Shown: positions 45,705-55,314, counted from the stretch's first letter. The stretch is 64,000 nucleotides of DNA from an uncultured Actinomycetes bacterium (GCA_963835455.1 CAWIFT010000005.1:140160-204159); one strand, 5' to 3'. A program made the numbers and translations. The notes: generated from the sequence alone by a model not told the origin.

Positions 45705-46622
45705 TCAGATCCAACCTTTGCGGCGGTAGTACCAGAGCTGCAGAACGGTGGTGACGATGATGAGGGCCCACGAGAATTCGTAGCCTCTCGCCCAGTGCAG
45801 CTCGGGCATGTGAATGAAGTTCTGGCCGTACAGACCGACGATGAATGTAGGTACCAGCAATACCGATGCAACGACGGTCAGCCGTTTCATGACCTCGTTC
45901 TGGTTGACGGCGATCTCGGCCTGGTGGTAGTCGCGCACGCCGGCGAGCAGGTCGCGCGAGAGGTCGAGGCCGTCCGTCGCGCGCAGCAGTTTGTCGTAGG
46001 CGTCGGCGAATCGCAGCTCGATGTCGCGCGGGAACAACGAGACCTCGCCGTCGAGCTCGACGCGATCGTCGAGCACTGCACGCGCGGCGTCGCGCGTGGG
46101 CGCGAGCACGCGGCGCACGTGGAGGATGTCGTGCCGGATGCTCGAGATGCGTTCGCGGATGTCGGTCGACGGCCAGTCGCTCACGTGGTCTTCGAGCTCG
46201 TCGATGTGTTCGTCGAAGTCGTCGACCATCGCGAGGAACCGCTCGGCGATCTCGTCGACGACCACGTGGAGGCACAGGCCCGGCGGTGAGCCGTTGCGGA
46301 GCGCGGCGTTGTGGGCGTCGTCGAACTCGCACGCGGTGTGTCCCTCGGGCGTCTTGCGCACGGTCACGAGAACGTCGAGGTTGGCGATGAGGTCGACCTC
46401 CTGGAAGACGACCTCACCGGTCGGCCGCACGGCCGGGAGCGCGAGGACGCCGAAGACGTAGTCGCCTTGGGATTGCAGCCGGGGCCGGGGCTCCGCCCGG
46501 GCCGGGCCGAGGATGCGGTTCATCGCGGTCTCGTGGATCTCGGTGGGCAGCGCGGCGCGCAGCGTCTTCTCGTCGGGATCGCACAGGTCGATCCAATGCT
46601 GCTCGGCGGGCACGGGCGTCAA
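45705..46622 (-). CDS. corA: CorA-family Mg2+/Co2+ transporter
   Basis: WIDL..P, RPRL, NEVMKRLT, GLYGQNF..MPEL; two C-terminal TM. Confidence 0.9.
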   Translation of the reverse strand: MTPVPAEQHWIDLCDPDEKTLRAALPTEIHETAMNRILGPARAEPRPRLQSQGDYVFGVLALPAVRPTGEVVFQEVDLIANLDVLVTVRKTPEGHTACEFDDAHNAALRNGSPPGLCLHVVVDEIAERFLAMVDDFDEHIDELEDHVSDWPSTDIRERISSIRHDILHVRRVLAPTRDAARAVLDDRVELDGEVSLFPRDIELRFADAYDKLLRATDGLDLSRDLLAGVRDYHQAEIAVNQNEVMKRLTVVASVLLVPTFIVGLYGQNFIHMPELHWARGYEFSWALIIVTTVLQLWYYRRKGWI

Positions 46623-46659
46623 CGCTACGCGCCCGCCGCGGTCAGCCCGCGGACGACGA

Positions 46660-47973
46660 CTACGACGACGCGGTCGGACAGTGGCTGCGATCGACGGCAA
46701 CGACCTGCCAGCCGCGGCCGCGGGTGAGCGTCCGCAACGCGACGCCGCCGGTGGGCGTCTGCAAGAGCGACTCGATCATGCCGACTTCGTTCGTGTGGCG
46801 TGCCGGCTCGTAGGTGTCGTCGTGGATGATCCGGTCGATGCCCCGGTCGCAGAGCAGCGCGGCGTAGTCGTCGACGTTGCGGAAGTTCCGGATCGCCATG
46901 CTCTCGGGGAACATCTCGGAGTCGAGCCGGCCGCCCGCGCGCAGCACGAGGTACATGCCGAGTTTGCCGTCGGCGCCGCGGAGCACGCGGTACGTCGCGC
47001 CGGGCACGAAGGCGGGGGAGCGCAGGTAGGCGTCGAGGCTCGCGGTATCGGCGCCGTTGTGCACCAGGGCGCTCCATTGCTGGCCGACGTTCAACGGGAT
47101 CTCGAAGCCGATGTGTCCGATCAGCGCGATCGCGAGCCCGAGCGGCGCGAGCGCGCGGATCCCCGTGCGCTGCAGGAGGACGCAGATGATCGGGAAGAAG
47201 ATCATGTACGTGCGCGGCCCGAGCGTGATGACGAAGTCGACGAGCTCCTGACCGGTGGTGCTCGCCGCGGCGGTCGGTGACGCGAATACGAGCCACACGG
47301 CCGGGAGGGCGATCGCGCACGACAGCGCGTACCAACGGAGGAGCGCGCCGCGGTCGGGCGCGAACGGGAGGTAGCAGAGCACGAGCAGGAGCGCCATCGG
47401 CAGGACGATCGCGGCGTGGTTCGCCTGCGCGATACCGACGATGACCGCCGCCCACGCGTAGTGCCCGCGGCGCCAGGCCGCGATTCCGAAGAGCAACAGC
47501 ATCGAGCCCCACGCGAACGACTGCTGGCCGAAGAGCAGCGCCTCGAGGATCGCGGGGTTCGCGAGCACGGCCGCGGCCCACCAACCGCGCCGGAGTTCGG
47601 GGAATGCGACGAACGTCGCGACGATGCAACCCACCGCGCCGATCGCGGTCGACAGTGTCACCGCCCAGTTCCCGAACAACGGCCACACGAGCGCGGCCGT
47701 CGTCCAGTTCACGAACCCGTAGGGGTACGCGTACGCGTCGCCGTGCGCCAGGACCGGCATGCGCCACGGAAGGCGCGCGTGATGCCAGAGGTCGTGCGCG
47801 ATGTACCACACGTGGACGTGGTTGTTGACGCTGTCGGACGACAGCACGATCGCGTGCCGCAGGTACAGCACGAGTACGACGACCCAGGCCGCGGCCAGGA
47901 GCAGCACGGCGACGCGCGCGCCCGGGATGTCGCGGGTCTCGGGTTCGGCCTCGCCGCCGGCGTGCACGTGCAC
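46660..47973 (-). CDS. Multi-pass membrane protein, GT-C-like glycosyltransferase suspected
   Basis: TM1 followed by SSD..NHVHVW...HGDAYAYPYG loop, about 9-10 TM, soluble C-terminal domain. Confidence 0.55.
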   Translation of the reverse strand: MHVHAGGEAEPETRDIPGARVAVLLLAAAWVVVLVLYLRHAIVLSSDSVNNHVHVWYIAHDLWHHARLPWRMPVLAHGDAYAYPYGFVNWTTAALVWPLFGNWAVTLSTAIGAVGCIVATFVAFPELRRGWWAAAVLANPAILEALLFGQQSFAWGSMLLLFGIAAWRRGHYAWAAVIVGIAQANHAAIVLPMALLLVLCYLPFAPDRGALLRWYALSCAIALPAVWLVFASPTAAASTTGQELVDFVITLGPRTYMIFFPIICVLLQRTGIRALAPLGLAIALIGHIGFEIPLNVGQQWSALVHNGADTASLDAYLRSPAFVPGATYRVLRGADGKLGMYLVLRAGGRLDSEMFPESMAIRNFRNVDDYAALLCDRGIDRIIHDDTYEPARHTNEVGMIESLLQTPTGGVALRTLTRGRGWQVVAVDRSHCPTASS

Positions 47974-47979
47974 GCCGGG

Positions 47980-49933
47980 TCAGCCGTGCTGGCTGTGGCA
48001 GGACTGATACGCGGGGCCGCCGACGAGTTGGTCGAGCCGCACCGGGTGCAGGCCCCGCGCGCGCAGTCCGTCGAGGATCAGCGGGAGCGCCGCGACGACT
48101 GCCGCGCGGTGTGCGCGGGTCGTCTCGTCGAGACCGACGTGCAGGTCGATGATCGACCCGCCCTGCACCGACTGGAGCACCTTCGCCGCGATCGCGCGGG
48201 AATCGTTGGTTCCCCGGTCGCTCACCCCGACGTCCCACATCGCCATCCGCATGTTGTGGTCTTTCACCACGCGTGCCATCAGCGGTGTGCGCTGGCCGTG
48301 CGGTGGCCGGAACCACACCGGGCACGTCCCGATCTCGCGGGCGAAGGCTTGCTGCGTGCGCTCGAGCTCGGGATACGTGGGATCGAGCCACCGCCAGTCG
48401 TCGTGGTGGTACGAGTGATTCCCGACGAGTTGACCGTCGGACACCAGATCGCGCACGACCTGCGGCGACTGGTCGAGGGTCTTGCCCACGACGAAGAACG
48501 AGCCCTTCACGTCGGGCGCGGTCGAGGATCTTGACGATGGCGGGTGTCGCGGTGACGTCCGGACCGTCGTCGAAGGTGATCGCGACATCGCTCGACTCAC
48601 GCGAGCCGTGCACCACACCGCCGCCGAACCACGTGGCGCCGACCGTGCTGGCACCGAAGTAACCCGTGAGCCCGCTGACGGCGACGACGAGCACGCTCCC
48701 GAGCGTGACGCTGCGCCACCGCGGTGCGCGGGGCAGCCCGAACCGGCCGAAGCGCGAGACGATCGCGGCGACGAACACCGCCGCGACCGAGAAGCCGAGC
48801 AGGACGCCACGTGAGCCGGCGATCGCGATGACGACGAGCGCGACGAACCCGCCCCCGATCACCGAGGGCCGGGGCCGGCGCACCACCGGCGCGGCGAGGG
48901 CGGCGCCGACGCCGAACACACCCGCGAGAATGATCGCGCTCGGGGCATCGGTCCGTTGCGGGACCAGCCAGGCCGCGACGAGCGCGACGAACGAGCCGAG
49001 CAGGGCGAGCGCCGGACGCGGAACCGAACGACGCATCAGTGCTCCGAGAGCGAACGCGCAGATCGATGCGAGCAACACGGTGATGAAGGTGTCGGTCGAA
49101 CGCTGGTACGTCAGCGCGATGAGCACTCCGAGGACCGCCGCGATCGCGACGTGCGCCACGGCGTCGGTCGGGAACGCATCGGGGAGTCGGTCGCGTCGCC
49201 ACACGCGTCCGGCGGCCACGGGGATGACGGCCAGGTCGATCGCCGCGTCGCGCAGCCGGGTGCGCGACCGGGCGACGGGCACCGGCACGACGTGGTCGTT
49301 GCGCACCTTGTAGCCGAGCTGGCAGAGCACGACCGCGACCTCGACCGTTTCGCTGTACTGGTAGCCCGAGTAGTAGTCGAGTGCGTGCGCGAGCGCGCCG
49401 AGGCGGAAGATGCGGTACCCGGATTCGACGTCGTGCAACGGCGATCCGGCCCACGCGCTCGCCCATTTCGACAGCACCCAGTTGCCCGTGCGCTTGAACG
49501 GACCGTGATACGAGAGGTCGCGGCGGGCGATGTTCGCGTCGAGCCCTTCGGCTCGGGTCATCTCGACGAGCTCGTCGAGCACGTGCAGATCGTGCTGGCC
49601 GTCGGCGTCGACCGTGAACACGAGATCGTTCTCGCTCAGCTCACCCCGCGCCAGCCGTTCGCGCAGCTCGGTGAGCGCGGTGAGGTAGGCCTCGGACATG
49701 CCGCGGTTGACTTCATGCACGAGGAGCCGGCAGTTCGGCCGGCCGCGCGACATCCATTGCTCGATCTCGGCCCGCGTATTGTCGGTCGAGCCGTCGTCGA
49801 CCACGACCAATTCGTCGACGAGCGGGTAGAGCGCTTCGAGCACGACCGCGACCATCGGCTCTTCGTCGTACGCGGGAACCACGGCAATCCGGCGCGGAGC
49901 GGAGGCGACCCGACGCCGGGTGGTCTCGTTCAC
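47980..49933 (-). CDS. GT2 (polyprenol-phosphate glycosyltransferase-like) + membrane + CE4 polysaccharide deacetylase fusion; +1 frameshift near 48515
   Basis: VPAYDEE, VDDGSTD, DADGQH, DVESGYR; about 7 TM; TFDDGP then NHSYHH, FRPPHG, IIDLH in shifted frame. Confidence 0.82.
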
Positions 49934-50847
49934 GAGCCGGCTTGCTGCTCTCGGTACCAGGCGAGCGTCTTGCGCAGGCCTTCCGCGAACGTGTGCTGCG
50001 GCACCCAGCCGAGCTCGTCGCGGGCACGGTCGCTCTTGACGGTCCGGGCGCGGTAGTCGCCGGGCCGAGTCGGGCCGAACGTGACTTCGACGTCGCCGAC
50101 GAGGTCGCGCACGGTCTCCGCGAGCTGGCGAATCGAGGTCGCCTCGGAGGATTCGAGGTTGTAGGTGCGGTTCGCCGCGACCGGCTTCAGCGCGAGAACG
50201 TGCGCGGCGGCGAGATCTTCGACGTACACGAAGCGGCGTTCCTGCGAGCCGTCACCGTCGATGCGCAACGCTTCGCCGCGCATCGCGCGCAACAGGAACG
50301 CGGCGACGACGAGGTCGCTGCGCATGTGCGGCCCGAACGGGATTCCGTACCGCAGCACGGTGTAGGGCCGGCCGAACAGCGTCGCGTAGTCGCGACAGAA
50401 CATCTCCGCCGCGATCTTCTCCGACGCGTACAGGTGGCGGTCGGTCTCGAGATCGAACGGAGTGGTCTCGTCGACGACGTCGCCCCGCGTCGCGGCGTAG
50501 ACCCATACCGTGCTCGAGACGATGACCCGGCCCGAGTCGGCGCGGCGCGCGCCTTCGAGCACGCGGGCGACGCCGAGGGTGTTGAGCGCGACGCTTTCGG
50601 CCGGATCGGCGACGATGTCGTTGACGTCGGCCATGGCCGCGAGGTGGAAGACCGCCTGCGTCCCCTTCAGCGCGTCGGTGACGGAGTCCTGATCGAGAAT
50701 GTCGACGTCCGCCCACTCGACGTTGGGCTGGGCCGGCTGTTTGGGGTCGATGACCCGCACCTCGTAGCCCGCGCCGAGGAGCGCGTCGACGACGTTCGAG
50801 CCGACGAACCCCGAGCCGCCGGTGATCGCGATCAGTTCCTTACTCAA
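49930..50847 (-). CDS. NAD-dependent epimerase/dehydratase (extended SDR)
   Basis: TGGSGFVG, FHLAA, SST..VY, YASEK, LRYG..FGP, FVYVEDLA. Confidence 0.92.
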   Translation of the reverse strand: MSKELIAITGGSGFVGSNVVDALLGAGYEVRVIDPKQPAQPNVEWADVDILDQDSVTDALKGTQAVFHLAAMADVNDIVADPAESVALNTLGVARVLEGARRADSGRVIVSSTVWVYAATRGDVVDETTPFDLETDRHLYASEKIAAEMFCRDYATLFGRPYTVLRYGIPFGPHMRSDLVVAAFLLRAMRGEALRIDGDGSQERRFVYVEDLAAAHVLALKPVAANRTYNLESSEATSIRQLAETVRDLVGDVEVTFGPTRPGDYRARTVKSDRARDELGWVPQHTFAEGLRKTLAWYREQQAGS

Positions 50848-51968
50848 TGCAGCCCCACCTCGGTGAGCGCGATCCCCAGGGATTCGACGACGTAGTCGGC
50901 GTCGGTCTCGGAGAGCGTCGGATACAACGGTAGACAGATATGGCGCGCGCCGATGAACTCCGCGCCCGGGAGCGGGCGGTCGGCGAACGGCTCGAACACC
51001 GGTTGCCGGTGCAACGGCGTGTCGTAGACCTCGCCCGAGAGCCCGATATCGAACCGTTCCCGCATCAACTGCTTGAGCGGAGCCCGCTCGACGCCGTCGG
51101 GGAGGTACGCAATGTACTTGTAATAGTTGCAGTGCGCGTCCGCGGGAACACGGAGCGGGCGCAACCCGAGATCGTCCATCGCCACGTCGTACCGCTTCGC
51201 GATCGCCTGGCGGGCGGCGATGAACTCGTCGAGCCGTCCGAGCTGCGACTGCACGATTGCGGCATGAGGCTCGCTCATACGCCAGTTCGCGCCGAGGCGG
51301 GTGTGGAAGTTGGCGAGGAACGATCCCTTGCCCTGGTCGCGGTACGTATGAGCCGCTTCCACGAGGGCGTCGTCGTCGGTGACGATCATCCCGCCCTCGC
51401 CGCCGGCCATGACCTTGGTCGGGTAGAACGAGAACGCGCCGGCGATGCCGAACGTCCCGGCGCTCTTCCCGCCGAGCGCGCAGCCGTGCGCGTGGGCGGC
51501 GTCTTCGACCAGGTACACGCCCCGGTCCTTGCACAGCTGGGCGAGCGCGGGGACGGCGGGGCTGATCAGCCCGCCGATGTGGACCGCGACGACCGCCGCC
51601 GTGTCGGGCGACAGGTGCGCTTCGACGTCGGCGAGGTCGAACGCCATGGTCTCGGGGTCGCAGTCGACGAACACGACGCGGGCCCCCGCGTGCACCGCGG
51701 CCGCCGCGGTCGCGAAGAACGTGTTCGCGGGGACGATGACCTCACGTCCTTCGACTTCGAGCGCACGCAGGATGATCTCGAGCGCGCTGGTCCCGGAGCT
51801 CACCGCGACCGCGTGCTGCGTCGAGTGGCGCTTTGCGAAAGCTTCCTCGAGTTCGCGGCCGATCGGACCGAGTGTGAGCTGGCCGCTGGCGAGAGATTGG
51901 TCGATCCGAGCGAGGATCTCGGCGCGGTCTTCGGCCGGGAAACACACCCGCGCAGGAGGCACGCGCAT
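50844..51968 (-). CDS. DegT/DnrJ/EryC1/StrS family aminotransferase
   Basis: SSGTSAL, VPANTFFAT, EDAAHAHG, FSFYPTKVMAGGEGG, NWRMSE. Confidence 0.93.
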   Translation of the reverse strand: MRVPPARVCFPAEDRAEILARIDQSLASGQLTLGPIGRELEEAFAKRHSTQHAVAVSSGTSALEIILRALEVEGREVIVPANTFFATAAAAVHAGARVVFVDCDPETMAFDLADVEAHLSPDTAAVVAVHIGGLISPAVPALAQLCKDRGVYLVEDAAHAHGCALGGKSAGTFGIAGAFSFYPTKVMAGGEGGMIVTDDDALVEAAHTYRDQGKGSFLANFHTRLGANWRMSEPHAAIVQSQLGRLDEFIAARQAIAKRYDVAMDDLGLRPLRVPADAHCNYYKYIAYLPDGVERAPLKQLMRERFDIGLSGEVYDTPLHRQPVFEPFADRPLPGAEFIGARHICLPLYPTLSETDADYVVESLGIALTEVGLH

Positions 51969-52014
51969 GAACAGACAATCTATCGAAGGGAGGGTGACTC
52001 CGTCCGAACGCACG

Positions 52015-52185
52015 GGTCGCTCGCGCTACGCCTCCCGTCCGGTCGGCTCCGCTGCCGCTCCTGCTCACAGGTCGCTCGCGCTACGCCTCCCGTCCGGTCG
52101 GCTCCGCTGCCGCTCCTGCTCACAGGTCGGCGCTCGCTCCCGTCGTCGTGACGCCTCCCGTCCGGTCGGCTCCGCTGCCGCTCCT
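52015..52185. repeat. Intergenic 55-bp tandem repeat (2 full copies plus partial third)
   Basis: Unit GGTCGCTCGCGCTACGCCTCCCGTCCGGTCGGCTCCGCTGCCGCTCCTGCTCACA at 52015 and 52070; 35-bp core again at 52151-52185. Confidence 0.9.
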
Positions 52186-52197
52186 CTAGTGTCCCGG

Positions 52198-52704
52198 ATG
52201 GTGTCGGCGCGCCATGTCGTTCTCATCGGGCTCATGGCGTCGGGAAAGTCGACCATCGGGCCACTGCTCGGGGCCCGGCTCGGCCGGGATTTCGTGGACA
52301 ACGACGTCCTCCTGAAGGCGCGAACCGGCCAAAGCGCGCGCGAGATCGCCTCGGCGGAGGGTGTCGACGCCTTGCACCGGCACGAGGTGGACGCGCTGGT
52401 CGGCGCGCTGGCGGATCCGGTCCCCGCGGTGATCGCGGCCGCGGCGGCTGCACCCATGGAGGCCGATGCGGCGGCCGCGATGCTCGGCGCCTTCGTCGTG
52501 TACCTGCGCGCGTCGCCCGAGGTGCTCGCGGCCCGGCTCGCGGGTGAGCCCGCCGCCGACGACCACCGCCCGGCGGTCGGTTCGATCGCCCAGCAGTTCG
52601 ACGCGCGCGACGCCCGCTACCGCGAGCTCGCCTCGCTCGTCGTCGACACGACCGCGGTCGCGCCCGACGCGATCGTCGCCGAGGTCAGCGCGGCGCTTGC
52701 ATGA
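52198..52704 (+). CDS. aroK: Shikimate kinase-like protein
   Basis: LIGLMASGKST, FVDND, VVYLRAS, HRP, RDARY. Confidence 0.75.
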   Translation: MVSARHVVLIGLMASGKSTIGPLLGARLGRDFVDNDVLLKARTGQSAREIASAEGVDALHRHEVDALVGALADPVPAVIAAAAAAPMEADAAAAMLGAFVVYLRASPEVLAARLAGEPAADDHRPAVGSIAQQFDARDARYRELASLVVDTTAVAPDAIVAEVSAALA

Positions 52705-53368
52705 CGAGCGTCTCGAACGCGACCCGGATCTCGAAGCCGAGCGCCTCGTAGACGCGGATCGCGGAATGGTTCTCCGCGAGCACGTGCAGGATCGGGCGCT
52801 CGTTGCGCGCTTCGATGCCGGCGGCGATCGCCCGGACCAGCCGCGTCGCGAGCCCGCGCTTGCGCGCCTCGGTGTCGGTGCACACCGCGCTGATCTCGGT
52901 ATGGCCCGTCGGGTGGAGCCGTTCCCCGGACATGGCCACCAGTCGGTCGGCCGATTCGGCGCGCACGCCGAGGTACGTGCCGAGCGCGACCGTTCGTTGC
53001 GCGAACGGACCCGGCCGCGTGCGTTCCACCAGCGCGAGCATCTCCGTGACATCCGTCGCGCCCAGGCTCACGAAGGAATCGTCGGGTTCGCCGATGGGCT
53101 CCGTCGCGATCATCTGCAGCGACTGCATGCTGAGCGCGATCTCCCAGTCGTGCGGTACCTCGACCGCCGCGGGTCGGAACAACACCGCGCTCCCACCCGG
53201 ACCGACGAGCTCGGCGAGGGCATTCCAGGCATCCGGACCGACCTCGTCGGGAAGGGCCGCGAACACGGCAACGTCGGTCTGGTAGCGCAGCGCGAGGCTG
53301 CTGCCCTCGGAGAATTCGGCCTGCGGGCCCGTCAGCGCGTGCCAAACGGGGTTGTCGAGCAGCTCCAT
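52685..53368 (-). CDS. GNAT family acetyltransferase (FR47-like)
   Basis: LDNPVWHAL, RPGPF..RT, EISAVCT, RKRGLA, AIRVYEALGF. Confidence 0.9.
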   Translation of the reverse strand: MELLDNPVWHALTGPQAEFSEGSSLALRYQTDVAVFAALPDEVGPDAWNALAELVGPGGSAVLFRPAAVEVPHDWEIALSMQSLQMIATEPIGEPDDSFVSLGATDVTEMLALVERTRPGPFAQRTVALGTYLGVRAESADRLVAMSGERLHPTGHTEISAVCTDTEARKRGLATRLVRAIAAGIEARNERPILHVLAENHSAIRVYEALGFEIRVAFETLVMQAPR

Positions 53369-53383
53369 GTCCGCGATGGTGTC

Positions 53384-54259
53384 ATGGTGACGCAAGCGCC
53401 TCCCGCGATTTTCGACCACGTCGCTCGTATCGACGGCGACGGCTACACGATCGTCGAAGGTGCGATCGAGCCCGAGCTCGTCGTCGCCCTGCGCGACGCG
53501 ATCCGGCGGTTGGAGCGCGAGCTGCACGTCGAGCCGAAGGGGACCGCGGCCGAAGGGCACGCGACCCGCCGCATGTACAACCTGCTCGTCAAGGATCCGG
53601 TGTTCCAGGCCATGCCGCTGCACCAGAGCGTTCTGCCGATCGTCGAGTGCGTGCTCGATCGCGGCTGTCTGCTCTCGGGCATGACCGCGATCGACATCGG
53701 TCCGGGCGAGGGTGAACAGCCGATGCACGGTGACGACATCGTGATGTCGCGCCACCTGCAACGCCCGCACGCGGCGATGATGGTCACGAGCATGTGGGCG
53801 CTCGACGACTTCACCGCCGAGAACGGCGGCACGCGTTTCGTTTCCGGGTCGCATCGTTTCGTCGGCACCCCCGACGAACCGGGCGCGCTCGACGGAGTCG
53901 AGGTACGCGCGCTCGAGATGCCGGCCGGTTCCGTGATGATCTTCCACGGATCGTTGTGGCACGGCGGCGGCGCGAACACCACGTCCGACGAGTGGCGCTG
54001 TGGTGTGAACGTGCAGTACTGCCCGGGGTTCGTGCGTCAGCAGCAGAATCCGTATCTCGGCATCCCACCGGAGATCGCGGCGACGTTCCCCGACCGGTTG
54101 CTCGAGTTGCTCGGCTACCGCCTCTACAAAGGCATCATGGGCCACGTCGACGGAGCCAGCCCGGGCGAGGTCGTGTTCGGCGCGCGCCTGGCCGAGACCG
54201 CGTACCGCGACAGCGAACGACGCGGCACGAAGCCGATGACCGGCGACCTGAACGGTTGA
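53384..54259 (+). CDS. Phytanoyl-CoA dioxygenase (PhyH) family protein
   Basis: DGYTIV, QPMHGDD, WALDDFTAENGGT, WHGGGAN, RQQQN. Confidence 0.9.
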   Translation: MVTQAPPAIFDHVARIDGDGYTIVEGAIEPELVVALRDAIRRLERELHVEPKGTAAEGHATRRMYNLLVKDPVFQAMPLHQSVLPIVECVLDRGCLLSGMTAIDIGPGEGEQPMHGDDIVMSRHLQRPHAAMMVTSMWALDDFTAENGGTRFVSGSHRFVGTPDEPGALDGVEVRALEMPAGSVMIFHGSLWHGGGANTTSDEWRCGVNVQYCPGFVRQQQNPYLGIPPEIAATFPDRLLELLGYRLYKGIMGHVDGASPGEVVFGARLAETAYRDSERRGTKPMTGDLNG

Positions 54260-54272
54260 GCCCAGCGATTGA

Positions 54273-54905
54273 TCAGAACGTCCGGCGGCGTCGCGCCTTC
54301 GACGCGAGGAACATCAACAGCGCACCGGACAGCGTCAGCGCGACGGCGACGGCCGCAAGGGCGGCCGACATCGACGCGCCCGTGTGCGGGAGCACGGTCG
54401 GCGCCGCCGCCGCGATCGCGCCGCCACTCGTCGGCGGCGTCGCCGGCCGCGCGGCCGCGGGAGCGGTCGTCGCGGTGGGTGCGGCGGTCGTCGCGGTCGT
54501 CGTCGGGGGTGGCGGGACCGTGGTGCTTGCGGGCGCGGCCGTCACGACGATCCGGCCCGTCATGAACGTATGGATGTTGCAGTGGTAGCCGAATGTGCCG
54601 GCAGTGTTGAACGTGACCGAGAACGACGCGCCCGGGTTGAGGTTCCCCGAGTTCCACGTCTGCCCGGAACCCGGATCAGAGGCCCAGGTGTGCGTCACCG
54701 CGCCGTGGTTCGTGACGGTGACGGTCGTGCCCGCCGGGACCGTGAGCGTCGCCGGCGAGAAGCTGAAGTCCTGGACCGACAGCGCCGCCGATCCGCTCGC
54801 CCCCGCCGCCGTGCTCCCGACGACCGCTGTCCCGATGAACGACGTCGCGACCACCGAGACCGCGAACGCCACCCTGATCCAAATCCGTATCCCCGAAATC
54901 CGCAT
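54273..54905 (-). CDS. Cupredoxin (plastocyanin/azurin-like) with LPXTG cell-wall anchor
   Basis: Signal peptide; FSPATLTV, HTW, YHCNIHTFMTG type-1 Cu ligands; LPHTG + TM + RRRR. Confidence 0.85.
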   Translation of the reverse strand: MRISGIRIWIRVAFAVSVVATSFIGTAVVGSTAAGASGSAALSVQDFSFSPATLTVPAGTTVTVTNHGAVTHTWASDPGSGQTWNSGNLNPGASFSVTFNTAGTFGYHCNIHTFMTGRIVVTAAPASTTVPPPPTTTATTAAPTATTAPAAARPATPPTSGGAIAAAAPTVLPHTGASMSAALAAVAVALTLSGALLMFLASKARRRRTF

Positions 54906-54936
54906 CCGAAATCCGCATCCCCGAAATCCGCCTCAT
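54877..54936 (-). repeat. Short tandem repeat (ATGCGGATTTCGGGG-like, about 4 imperfect copies) at the cupredoxin start
   Basis: ATGAGGCGGATTTCGGGG ATGCGGATTTCGG ATGCGGATTTCGGGG ATACGGATTTGG. Confidence 0.8.
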
Positions 54937-54969
54937 GGACACGGCATACGGACGCGGCATCCACGGGGT

Positions 54970-55314
54970 TCAACCGACGGGCGCGCAATCGGGACCGTCG
55001 GGCGCGGGGCGGTGCCGGACCGCGCGGGCGGGCGTGATGGTGACGGTCGAACCGTCGACCGCGGCGGTGCCGTCGACGATCAGCGAGTAGTCGTCGGGCC
55101 GGGCCGGCGGCCAGAGCAGCGACACGTTCGGTCGGGCGCGGGCGTTGGCGCAGCTGCGATTCCCGGCGGCACAGGTGATCGTCGCGGTGCCGATGCTCGG
55201 GGTGATCGCGACGGCGTGCGCGCTCGAGTCGTCGGAAACCGTGAGGAGGTACGCGAAGGGCGCCTGCTCCTCGGCGACGGCGCGCACTTCGCCGAGCTCG
55301 ACCTCGATGCTCAT
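54970..55314 (-). CDS. Pyridoxamine 5'-phosphate oxidase-like (split-barrel) protein
   Basis: FAYLLTV, N..ARPNVSLLWPP, YSLIVDG, AVRHRPA. Confidence 0.7.
   Translation of the reverse strand: MSIEVELGEVRAVAEEQAPFAYLLTVSDDSSAHAVAITPSIGTATITCAAGNRSCANARARPNVSLLWPPARPDDYSLIVDGTAAVDGSTVTITPARAVRHRPAPDGPDCAPVG

Noticed and set aside
52015-52185. Possible CRISPR array
   Set aside because: First two units are fully identical with no unique spacer, only about 3 cores, and no cas genes in the window.
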